DNA from: Chiloscyllium plagiosum
Lineage: Eukaryota
Assembly (NCBI RefSeq): GCF_004010195.1
Contig: NC_057718.1
Span: 74,655,403 to 74,719,402 of the forward strand
DNA length: 64,000 bases
Direction of reading: 5' to 3'
Shown here: piece by piece, positions 37,083 through 48,432 of the stretch
How the letters are laid out: each line of letters starts with the position of its first letter
How positions within the stretch are numbered: position 1 is the stretch's first letter
Position numbers and translations under genes: made by a program
Notes under the pieces: generated by a model
Database searches by the model: none
Seen by the model: only the letters and a program-made list of their open reading frames with translations
What the model was told of the DNA's origin: nothing

Positions 37083-39092
37083 ATGGGTAATAATATAGAT
37101 AAGACACAAGATTTGTCATCTTCGTTGGTGAAACTATGTGAAAAGCAGCCCGAAAAGTCTGAAGGCCTGTGCAAACTTTCTGGCACCTTTAAATAAGAAA
37201 TTAGGTGATGAACAGTGGCCACTTGGCAGCCTCAAAAATAATCAATTGGTTAAATCAGCCCAGCAATTGATTTGGCGATGAAATATGGGCTCAAAGCAAA
37301 AGAACTGATTGGACTGTGGCGACAGTTTTGTTATGAAAGTCACAAAGAATTGGTCTTGAAGTCATGGCAGGATACCGCCATCAAACTGGGAATGGAATTG
37401 AGTGATAATGGTACCATGAAACTAATTGAGGTCCTCAAAAATTAATGTGCTTGAGTCAAACGTCAACAGAAACAAAAAGAAAAATCACCAGTGACTGACT
37501 AATAAAAAGAACTGTGCAGTTCAATGGTTCGCCTTTGGATGCGGGAGACAACAAAAATTTGGATTTGGACGATTGGTGTTTGTATCTGCGCTACGCACCG
37601 CCACCCCCACCCAACCCACAAGCAAAACTAAATGCGCCCCCCAGTGATTACAGTCCCCACTGGATCGACACATCAATTGCCTCCCGCCATAACCCCTCTT
37701 CCACCAGTTGTTCAACCTCCTGCTTATCAAACTGTTGCATCCAATCTTCAAATCCCCGTTGTTCCTGTGTAGCCAGCCCCTGTCGTTCTTCCATCTGGAT
37801 TCGTCCCCGCCATCGCCGTTTCTCCTTATACTCCTCAGACTCCTGTTAGTTCGACAGCTGCAGGTTGCCCTCAGACAAATGCCGATGTCACGGCTACACC
37901 GCTTCCTCCGCCTCCCTCTCAGTTTACTGACCCTGTTGCCTGGAATACTCACAGTCAATTGAAGTCGAAATCTTCCATTCTTCTAAGTCCCACCATGCCT
38001 TGCCACAACTTGTCCAACGATGCAAGCCGAGTTCCTCTTCTGAGACTCAGGCGATGAGATAACTCCAGGTTTGTTCCCCATGAGAGAAATGCCGAATCCA
38101 CAGGCTGGTGCTGCTGGTCAAAACACCACTATCCATGTTTACTATCCCTGGAAGCAGCATGAAATTATTTCCATTCTCAGTACTGCTCCAGATTGCCACA
38201 AAGCTCCTCAACAGTTTGTTGATTTCCTAAACACCACAATCAAAGTTTATGATGGGATTTCTCAAGACCTTTGGGCCCTTCTCCAACAGATCTTTACCTG
38301 GACTGAATGTGCCTGTTTTACTGATCATGTTATAATGATTTTGCTGCCCTCACCAATGCTATGGCTCAGGAACAGCAGTGACAGGATGATATCCTGGCTG
38401 CTGCATCTACCATACTGACAAAGCCTATTGATCTTACTCATATCCTCGAACTTCGCTCTTGAAGTAAGGAATCTGCTGAGAACCTCCTTGAACGTTTCGA
38501 GAATGTGACGAATCCTATTCTGGTGACCGGGTTTTGAATTTCCGTGTTGCCAATGCTAATTATAACACTGTTACTGAATTGTCTGACGCCCTCTGTTGCC
38601 TCTGCAGTTAAGACCAACAACTTGGATTGGGTCGACGCTAACTCCAATCAACTCCATCATTCTGTTAAGGCTTTGTGGAAGCATCTGGGCAAGGACAAGG
38701 CGCCGACCCGCGTGAAGTCGGAATTTGTCTTCCAGGAAGGGACTCCTCAATAACTACCTATGCGTCACAGTATTAGCCCTCCACCGTTTTGAGGCCGTAG
38801 TCATGGACATGGCCGAGGGGTCCCTCCCAGACAACCCCCTCAGAGCTATTTCAATTGTGGCAACCCATACCACTGGGCTCGTGATTGCCCTACCCGAGGC
38901 TGCTTCACTTGTGGCCACCTTTTCCATTGGGCTTCTAATTGTCCCCAAGGGACAACTAGGGGGAGCCGAGGCGGAGGATATGGAAATTACCCTCAAGACA
39001 ACTGGGGGAACACTAATAATCACCCGCCAATGCAAGCAAGAGGCAGAGTATGATACACTAATTTTGCGCAAAATAATCCTTTTTCCCAATGA
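37083..39092 (+). pseudogene. gag: ERV-A gag (MA, Pro-rich region, CA, NC with two CCHC knuckles)
   Basis: Starts MGNNIDK (myristoylation-type); CA start LFPMREMPNP...VYYPWKQHE; knuckles at 38847-38942; ends in TGA at 39090-39092. Confidence 0.88.
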
Positions 39093-39469
39093 CTAAGTAA
39101 CTTTCCTTTGAAGTCTGTATCTCACAAGCAGGAATCTACAGTCTTACTCAAAGTCGAAAACAGATGGTATCCCTTTTTGATTGACACGGGGGAGACTCAA
39201 TGTCCTCGGTGACATCCAACATGAACCTTCCAATCTCTGAGATAACCCAAAGGTTATCTGGCTTTCAAGGTGAGACCCATCATTATCTGGTTTCTGATCC
39301 AGTTTCTGTCTATTTCCAAGGCTATTCCCTGGACCACCGCTTTGCAATTACCACTGCATTAGCCTGCAACCTAATGGGACGAGATCTGCTGTGTGTATTT
39401 CAAGTCAAACTTGTTTGTTCCCCTGATGATGTCTAACTTGATTCTGACTCAGCTGAATGCCAACTATAC

Positions 39470-39910
39470 GTGTCCATGCTGGTCACTTGACCTTGGCCCC
39501 CAAAAGTCTGACGGTCATGCCACTATTGTCTATGATCGGACAAGCCAAGACCAATATTCTAGCAGACTCGCCTCTTGGTCGTTTGTTCTGTGTCAGACTA
39601 CTCTCCTACGAACCTGACCTTGAGAATTTTTTAAAACAGCCCCCAAAAGTCTGACAGTCATGCCACTATTGTCTATGATCGGACAAGCCAAGACCAATTC
39701 CTTGAAGGTTTCTTCAGGGATTTCATGGTACTGAATGGACTATACATATCTGGCTCGGGTTACCAGGCCAGAGGGTGAAGCAGATTACTTTCAGATACCT
39801 GCTCACCAGTGGAAACAGACAAGTACCTCGGCACCTCACATCATTCGGAAAGTCAATCCACCTTAGCATGCTAAAAACCTGGGCCCTTTGGTCCACCGTG
39901 CAATCACCAA
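39470..39910 (+). pseudogene. 2H-phosphoesterase-like domain between protease and RT (ERV-A)
   Basis: GHATIVYD (HxT at 39516-39524) ... RPEGEADYF ... SAPHII (39837-39845; ATT is one transition from ACT) ... HAKNLGPLV. Confidence 0.65.
39554..39638 (+). mobile_element. 85-nt 3' end of the 26309-26836 LTR family, inserted with a 60-bp duplication
   Basis: Identical by eye to 26752-26836; flanked by 39496-39555 and 39639-39698 (one mismatch). Confidence 0.9.
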
Positions 39911-40235
39911 GGTTGATCCACATTGCCATCATCTGCAGACATCCCCACGAGGGGTGACTGTCCTCTATCATCCCAATCCTACCTCTCATTGGTCCACACT
40001 CCTGCACTATGAAAGTCGGGATGTACTTGACTTGATCCATCCTGATGTATGGGCTGAAACATCCTTCCATGTTTGGACTTAAGGAATGGGAACCCATTCA
40101 AATCTTTTTGAAACCAAATGTTACTCTGCCATCCATATCCGCTGAAACAACATGCAATACCGAGCCTGACTGCAATGATTGATGATTTTCTTCACCAGGG
40201 CATCCTGGTTCCTTGCCAGTCATCATGTAACACTC

Positions 40236-40341
40236 GAGGAGAAAGTGAGGTCTGCAGATGCTGGAGATCAAAGTTGAAACTTTATTGCTGGAACAGCACA
40301 GCAGGTCAGGCAGCATCCAGGGAACAGGAGATTCGACGTTT
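40236..40341 (-). mobile_element. Short Penelope-like terminus inserted in ERV-A RT
   Basis: gaggagaaagtgaggtctgcagatgctgg ... attcgacgttt flanked by cactc/cactc; interrupts SSCNT-PIMAVPKP. Confidence 0.85.
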
Positions 40342-42868
40342 CACTCCAATTATGGCTGTCCCAAAACCAGTATAGACTGGTTCAAAACTTGACAGCTATC
40401 AATGCTACTGTACAGCCTCTCCATGTCCTAGTCCCAAATCCAGCTCATATTTTAGCCTCGGTACCATCAGAAGCTAAAGTTTTCGCCGTTGTCAACCTGC
40501 AACATGCCTTTTTTTTCTCTACCTCTCCATGAAGACAGTCAGTACCTATTTGCCTTTACTTTTAATGGCCAAAAGTTGATGTGGACTTGACTACCTCAAG
40601 GCTACGTACATTCTCCGACCCTCTTCTCTCAGGCCTTACAGACACAATTGCGTTCCCTCACCCTCACTAATGGGTCTACATTGATTCAATATGTGGATGA
40701 CCTCCTTGTGGCCAGTATCAACTAAGAATCTAATCGCTCTGTTGTCATCCTCTTCCTTAATATCTGAAATGCCTGGACTATATTGTCTCTCCCAAGAAGG
40801 TCTTAATTGCGTAATGCCAAGTAAAGTTCCGAGGTTTCATCCTATCGGCAGATTCACGCTCCCTTGAACAGAGCCATATTACTCCTATTGTTAGCTTCCC
40901 AGTCCCAAAGACCACGAAACAGGTTCGCCAATGGCTAGGCATAGTCAACTTTTGCCAACAATGGATTCTTAACACAGCCCTCTTAGTCATGATGTTGACC
41001 ACTTTCACTTCCTACAAAGGGAGCTTCAAACTCCCCTCAGAGGCAAAACAGGCCTTTGATGAACTCAAGCAAGCCTTGTCACAAGCTCCAGCTTTGGGAA
41101 GACCCCTTTATGACAGAACTTTCCAATTTTACTGCACTATTCTGGATGACTGTGTTTCCGCAGTTCTCACTCAACTACATGGAGATCAACATGTCCGGTT
41201 GCCTATTTCTCTACTAAACTTGACTCTGTTGCCTTGGGACACCCCTGTTGTACTCCGATCCTTACTGCAAATAATCTCAGCTTACAGTCTGCACAGAACC
41301 TCACCCTCCAATAGGATATTGTTGTCTACAGCTCTCACACGGCGATCACCCTGTTAGGAAAATTGCAAAATCACCATTTGACTGCTGCTCGCCAAAACCG
41401 TTGAGGTTCACCTCCTCAACATGCCCCCCACTGGCCTTTAAGTACTGTACCACTGTTCATCCTGCCGATTTTCCTTGTCTGTCCTCCATTACTTATGTCC
41501 ACTCCAGATCATGATTATTTCCTCCTCATTAATGAGGCCATCGAAGTTTGCCCAGACCTTTCCGATGCCCCTATCCCAGACCCTAACATCAATATGTTCA
41601 CTAGTAGATCCACTATTGACCATACAGGTAATCGCCTCTTAGGTTATGCGATAGTTGATGACCATGGCTCCATCCTAGAATCGGCTTCTTTTGAGACTCC
41701 CTTTTCTGACCAACAGGCTGAACATTTTGTCCTGATCCGTGCCTGTGTCCTCGGCACGGACTTTCGCGCGAACATTTACACTGATTCCCACTATGCCTTC
41801 GGAGTTGTCCATGATTTTGGTCAGCTCTGGAAAAAATATAGGATTTTTGACCTCTTCAGATACTCCCGTTTCTCATCGCCAGCTCATTTCGGACCTTTTG
41901 ACCACATTCCTGCTCCCAAAACAGGTTTCTGTTATCAAGTATGCTGCCTATACCACTGGCCAACCCCTGGTGATATTGGTAACCGTACTGCTGATGAGGC
42001 CACCAAGGATGCCTCTCATGGCCATCTTATGATTTGTGCCTAAAATGATGAGCCAGACTGAAAACTCTGGCAAGGGTGAGTCGACCTCTGACAAGCTAAT
42101 GCCAACCATTAAAGATGTTGTTATCTTACAGGGGGACACCTCTGACTCTGAGAAGGTGCTGTGGTCCAAGGCCGGCTGTTATTGTAATCCTGTTACTAAA
42201 TTCTGGACCACTCCAGTTGGTCAAATTGGTATGTCCAATGCTCTTGTCTCATGACTGTTTGCATAATGCTACTCATTGTGATGCTCACTTGACGTCTGAC
42301 CTCCTCTTGACCACCTGGTGGCACCCTCACCTGCAGCAGATGACTCAGAGTGTCAGTGCTCGATGCCTCGCCTGCCAAGAATACAACCCAGGCAAGGGTG
42401 TGCCTTGCCCGATGGGACAGACACCCATTCCTGAAGGGCTCTTCCAAATCCTTCAGCTTAACTTTGAGTTGCAAAGGTGTCAGCATTATAAGTATGTTCT
42501 GGTTATTGTAGATGTTTTTCTCCTAAATCGGTTGAAGCTTATCCTACTTCTAATACTACTGCGAAAACTGTTGTAAATATTTTGCTCAAAGAAATTACTC
42601 CCCATTCTGGTGTTGCCTTTTGCCTGTCCTCTGACAACAGCCCCCACTTTATTGAGGATATCAATGATGAAATATACTTTCACTTTGGGATCTGCCGCCA
42701 ACCTCATTGTGCTTATTGCCCTCAGGCTGCGGGGCTCTTACAGCGTTGTATTCAGACATTGACAACTAAACTTGCCAAATTGACTTCTGAGACCGGTCTC
42801 TCCTGGGTTCGGTTGTTGCCTCTGGTATGGTTCCACCTGTATTGCACACCTATGGGAAAAACTCGCTT

Positions 42869-43490
42869 AGAGTCATAGAAATGTACAGCATGGAAATAGA
42901 CCCTTCGGTCCAAACCATCCATGTCGACCAGTAATCCAAACCCAATCTAGTCCCACCTGCCAGCACCCGGCCCATATCCCTCCAAACCCTTCCTATTCAT
43001 AAACTCATCCAAATGCTGCTTAAATGTTGCAATTGTACCAGCCTTTACCACTTCCTCTGGTAGCTCATTCCATACCCGTACCACCCTCTGTGCGAAAAAG
43101 TTGCCCTTAGGTCTCTTTTATATCTTTCCCCTCTCACCCTAAACCTATGCCCTCTAGTTCTGGACTCCCCGACCCCAGGGAAAAGACTNNNNNNNNNNNN
43201 NNNNNNNNNNNNNNNNNNNNNNNNNNNNNNNNNNNNNNNNNNNNNNNNNNNNNNNNNNNNNNNNNNNNNNNNNNNNCCTTCTTCACTATCCTCTACCTGG
43301 GCGACTCCACTTTCAAGGAGCTATGAACCTGCACTCCAAGGTCTCTTTGTTCAGCAACACTCCCTAGGACCTTACCATTAAGTGTATAAGCCCTGCTAAG
43401 ATTTGCTTTCCCAAAATGCAGCACCTCGCATTTATCTGAATTAAACTCTCTCTGCCCATTGGCCCATCTGGTCAAGATCCTGTTGTAATC
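42869..43490 (-). mobile_element. CR1 3' portion inserted in the ERV-A integrase (contains N gap 43189-43276)
   Basis: Tail tagagtcataga; EFNSDKCEVLHFGKAN; integrase resumes LSPAKIVYSR. Confidence 0.9.
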
Positions 43491-43951
43491 TTGTCCCCAG
43501 CCAAAATCGTTTACAGTCGAGTTTTCCGCACACCCTTGAATAATGCCTCTTCCCCATTAATTTCTACTACATGACTGAGGATATGTACTTTCTTAGGCTA
43601 AAATTTTGCAAAGTCTTCACTCCCAGGTCTGTGCTGCTCCTGAGAAGCTCCCCTCCCTCGACAATGATCCAGCTGTTGAACCCGGCTCCTTCGTTCTCAT
43701 CAAGAATTGGCTACGCCCGTGGCCTCCAATCTTGATGGGAAGGACCCTTTCAGGTTCTCCTCACCACCCCTACTGCTGTTAAGGTTGCCAGAGATCCACC
43801 TGGGTTCACCTCCATCATTGCATGGTCATCGGATGAGCCCCTTGCAAGGGAGGAGATGATGGACTTGGAAGATGATGGGAAATTGGGAGAAGAACCAGAA
43901 TCAGTTGGTAACAAACTAGACTCTTAAGATACAACTGCATGTTTCGAACAG

Positions 43952-43971
43952 TAATTTTTCTTCTGTTTTAG
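43952..43971 (+). promoter_or_regulatory. Putative env splice acceptor
   Basis: taatttttcttctgttttAG about 30 nt upstream of the env ATG (ccgccATG). Confidence 0.6.
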
Positions 43972-44002
43972 ATATTCGAATCCCTGATCCAGGACAACCG
44001 CC

Positions 44003-45874
44003 ATGATGAAGATTAAACTTACCCTGCTATGTGGACTCATCATTATCATCATTAATGCTCAAGAAGGGACTATTTATCAGTGTGATTCGGAGAAACCAGA
44101 GACTATGTACCATTTATGCCAAAAAGACCTCCTTGTGTGACAACAGATTGATTCCTTCGATGCATGGAACATTACCAAGAATGACTATCGTAATGGTCAA
44201 CTGTATCAAGATCTGACAGTTTGTTTACAGGACAGGTCTCAAAGGTCTTTACCCTATCAAGGTGTTCCATGTCAGTTTGGTTTCAGTTGCATCATGGGTG
44301 GCCCTGGTAAGTCTTGCCCCTACCCAAACAGGTCTAAATCTGCACGCCGCAAAAGGAAAAGGGGGGAATGCCGTGTTTCACTAATAACTTGTTTTTTCAA
44401 ACTCTCAGTAAAATAGTCGGCTGGGATGAAGTGGTCTGTTACGCCCTCACATCAGCAAAGGACTCCTTGACCCCTTTCCCTCTCCCAAATTCCAACGACG
44501 GAGTATGGAACACTTCTAAGGCATTTACCGGACATAATGTTTCCTTTGACTATTACTTATCCCCACCTGCTAGTTGCTTATGGACTTCCTCTAATAAGTC
44601 TGGAGTAGCCTATCCAAATTGTTACAACGGTATGGGATGGGGATGTGCTTAGTAAATGTGACTAAGACTATTCCATATGCCTTGGTCAAATGTACCAACC
44701 GCTACTGCTCCGCTGTGGGGCCTTGCATCTCATGCGTATGCCAATGGGAGGTGAGTGTCCCCATTATTACCAGTATTCAGGCTCTTTGTGGTATGGGTAA
44801 CAGCACCCACCTTCCCTGTGAGACCCCTAACAGCACCTCCATCGTCCCAACTGTGGGATGGAAGGAACCAGTTTGGGACGATAACCGCATTTCTTACAAA
44901 AAGACCCATCTCTTTTTATTGAATAGATTTCACTCTAAGTGCCCAAGGCGACCATACTTTGTAGCCACGGACTACCTGTTCATTCGGGTAGTTATAAAGA
45001 TAGGCCTGCTTCTCATTGGCATGCCCCCTCCATTATTTATATTAAACCCGGTTATTATCTTTTCAGCCAAGGAAAAATGACTATCTTCCTTGTTCTGGAT
45101 GAAACAGGTACTCCCCGTACTGTAGCTGGAGGGACACGTTTCCCGACTACTGTTCCCTGTCCATCTACCTGGGAATGGGGCTGGGGTTTCTCTACCAAAT
45201 GTTCAATTTCACGCGAAGTCTGCACGCATTGGAAGGAGGTTAAGGCTTTGGGCAACAGTAAAACCCATTCTTGGGCCCACTCATTTCTTAGTGGTTTTTC
45301 CATAGGTGGATCTGCAGGAATTATTAGCCACCAAAACCAAAATTATCTTATTTACAGTATCATCCTCTGGGGCAACGAGACGGCCTCGGCCTTGGCAAGA
45401 GTTAAAGACATACTCACAGAATTATGTCTATTTTCCCAGTCAAATATGTATGCCCACAACTACCTACTGGCCAAACAGGGTGGGGTTTGTGCCATAGTGA
45501 AGGGTAAGTGTATGATGGGTGTTATCAACCTCATCGAGAATATTACCAAACATGTACATAACAGCCGTATCTTCGTCAATAAAATGATGGAAGGCACTCG
45601 ATGGGGAGATTGATCAACCAGTTGTGCCATGAGCCAAAATCTCAATCGGACAATGTATATTGGTATTATTTTACTTTGTCTCTTTGCTAACATTGCTATC
45701 GTTAAATGTATTATTGCTAAGCTATTGAACTCTGTTGGCAACATTGGTTCCCCTCAGAAAATGCTGATGGTGCCCCCAATGCGGATGAGAAGAAGCAGCT
45801 GCCCATCCCTATCTCCTCCCTGGAAGAGAAGAAGAATGGCAGGCTCTGGCGTCCATCTGATTAGACTGATCTGA
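44003..45874 (+). pseudogene. env: ERV-A env
   Basis: Signal peptide MMKIKLTLLCGLIIIIINA; RRKRKR; Cys-rich SU; ISD-like SQSNMYAHNYLLAKQGGVCAIVKGKC; TM helix MYIGIILLCLFANIAIV. Confidence 0.85.
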
Positions 45875-45926
45875 TCTATGTCCTCCCACCCAATGGTGTC
45901 GTCATAGAATGACCAAAGGGTGGAGA

Positions 45927-46595
45927 TGAAAGTCTGAAACCTGAATACAGGCTGAGCTAGGACATGGAGGCTCATGACCTGCACCTATGTGACTAGTTGC
46001 AGTTAGGAGCAACCACCTGATGGATGCACTTGGTAATTTAGAGGGCAACAAGATGACTTCTTGATGCAAGTTAGCACAACAAAATGGCTTCTAGGTTGAT
46101 AACTGCTAATTCTGCTAGAGTTGCATAAATAACTAACTACAGGATGTTGCAAAATGAAATTAGCAGACAATGCACCCTTTAGAATACAGAAGTAACTCGA
46201 CAAGATAAGGGAGTACTAACTGTTCTGACTGACCTTCGGGTGCAGATGTAGCGGCTCTGTGTTATGAGATAAAAGTGACCTAAGCATTGGGACATACGTT
46301 GTTTCCCAGTTAATATCACTGGACCAAGTAACTGCCAATGAAGCAATATCATATACTGATTGGTAATTGTTTGAATGTATTATGAAATCACACCCTGCTT
46401 TAAGAAAAGTATAAAAATGTCTTTGTATTAAGCTGTTGTGTGCAGCTCCTCTGGGGAATACAGAAGTGTTTCCGGATGCTCTTCACCTGGCTGTATGAAG
46501 AAATGAAGAGTGAAGTCTTAAACAGCCAGATCGATTGTGAGCGCTCATTGACCGATCACTGAACTGAGAAACCTTCCCGGGGTTCAAAAACTTCA
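45927..46595 (+). repeat. ERV-A 3' LTR
   Basis: tgaaagtctgaaacc ... aaacttca after the PPT. Confidence 0.93.
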
Positions 46596-47222
46596 CAACC
46601 TCCACAATACCAGGATGTCGTCCAATCTACCAGCCTGCCTACAGCCCCAACTGATTCTACCCAACCTCTTACCCTACTCAAAGTTGCATATGGCACCTGC
46701 TGGGTGACTGTTAAAGATCCTTTTTCAGTCCCAGCTGGGGAAAATGGGGATTAGATAGAGGAACTCATAGAGGAGAAGCAGGGTCAGGGAAATATCCCCC
46801 AGGATGAGTCGGTCCAGAACCAAGCTATGCAGGCCATCTCAAATGGGGCCAGGCAGCATAGCGACTTTGGGGAGGTCACTTGATGCCTTCAAAAGAAAGA
46901 GTTGATTTTGTTGCCTCCCTCACTAATATGGACTGACAAGCTCTATTCAATAAGAGGTCTGAGGGTCCTAAGGGCCAGTTTGTCCAATATCACCAATCAT
47001 CTAATGAAAGGCCACAGATATTACCCACCTCAGTTAGATGGGGGGGGGCAGCGGCTGGTTTGGTCCAAGAATAATGACATCTGCCATTGGTGTGGTCAGA
47101 AGGGTCATTGGGCTACAGATTGTCAGATGCCATTGGCTGCTCCTCCTGCAACTGCAAGAATTCAGTGTTCTGTACATGCCCCAATGTTTACACTCACAGA
47201 CACCTCCCACACTACACAATAA
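46596..47222 (+). pseudogene. gag: ERV-B gag 3' remnant (5' part at about 35247-35786)
   Basis: QPPQY (PPxY) immediately after the TSD; single knuckle CHWCGQKGHWATDC at 47082-47123; upstream piece starts MGNRTTG at 35247. Confidence 0.7.
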
Positions 47223-47279
47223 GCGGTGACATGATGGATTATTGGTACAGAATGCCTTGATCCAGCTATCTGCTTCTCT

Positions 47280-48432
47280 CCTCGAAGACCCAATGACAGA
47301 AATTGATGTTCTGCGGAAATATGTTAAGGTTTAGTCGACTCCAGCACAAATATTTCGTCTGTACCTCCCCTCTGTGGAACTTCTGATAGGCACTTAAACT
47401 GTCTCCATCGTCAGCACAGCAGGAATTCCCATGGTGGAATCACTCTCCCAACCTGTTCCCATTCAGATAGGTCAGCTCCACATGGAGGAATCATTCGTTA
47501 TTATCAAGAATTCAGCTGCTTCCCTGTTGGGTTGCTGAGCCCTGTATAAACGCAGTGCTTTGATTCACTATTCTGATCAGAGGCTGTACTTGGATCTCCC
47601 CGATGACTCTGTGGTGCAGGCCTAAATTTGCTGATGCAGTGCTCTGACCCTGCGACACAAGCTGTATTGTAATGCTGGCAACTACAGAATAACCCTGTTG
47701 TTTTGCATCTTTTGCACCAAATGATAGCTGATCTAGAATGAAGCACCGATCCCTGTTTAAGCTTTCTTCATCATCTACTCCTTACATTCCGCTCTCCTAA
47801 AACCATCTATTTCACGGCCCTTTTTACCCACCATCTAGTCCCTGACTTATTTGCAAGCCTCACGATCCCTTGACTAGTTTAGTCAGGTTCATTGCAGTTC
47901 AATGGGAGAATTTATTTCAATCCCATGGCCTAGGTGCCTCCGTTCAGCTTGATACTGTACAATCACCTTTGTTCGCGATGGGTCCCACCTCAGTGCAGCA
48001 CGTCACTGTCTCTGTTAAGTCTCCGCATCGGCCTAAAGAAATTGGTCCTATGATCCATTCCTTGTGCTGCAGAGAATCTCTAAGGGAGACCCATTGTGGG
48101 AACTTTTGGATTACTGTATTCTCTGATGAGGTTGGTTGCATTGGCTCCCATCTACCTAATGGCTGGTAATTTTTCTCTGGTATCAGCCAGCCTCGCTCCA
48201 TGACTATATGCCCCCACTGCTCCTAGCATCTGTCCCCTCTTCCCTGTGGGCACTCCATAAAAAACCATGTGGGGTTGGTGTTTTCTGCTCTGCTGCACCA
48301 TGTTACTATCCGTCCTGGTGCAGTCCCCCTTGCGTCTATCAATAGAGACTGTCACCTGATGCTGAAATGGGCATTCGGCCTGTTATTGATGCTTTGCTCT
48401 TTCCGGGGGTGTTGTGTCCCTGAAGTCCCTGT
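47280..48432 (+). pseudogene. pol: ERV-B protease, 2H-like domain and RT N-terminal stub
   Basis: LVDSS (decayed DSG); PKTIYFTALF and SVQHVTVSVKSPHRPKEIGPMI; LASVPSSLWA..HVGLV; Q*RLSPDAEMGIRPVIDALLFPGVL..SPC. Confidence 0.75.

Larger units (their letters stand above)
39093..43835 (+). pseudogene. pol: ERV-A pro-pol (protease, 2H-like domain, RT, RNase H, integrase)
   Basis: FLIDTG; LPQGYVHSPT; LIQYVDDLLVA at about 40681; ANIYTDSHYAFGVVHDFGQLWK; H..WWHP..CLACQEYN; SDNSPHF; HCAYCPQAAG; WEGPFQVLLTTPTAVKV. Confidence 0.92.
35787..46595 (+). mobile_element. ERV-A: full-length, decayed epsilon-like endogenous retrovirus
   Basis: TG...CA LTRs, exact TSD caac/caac, tRNA-His PBS, PPT aaagggtggaga, gag-pro-pol-env order, YVDD RT. 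Confidence 0.95.

Noticed and set aside
37521-37958. 145-aa antisense ORF in ERV-A gag (also 38754-39089)
   Set aside because: Antisense to Pro-rich low-complexity coding, where stop codons are naturally scarce; no motif supports an antisense gene.
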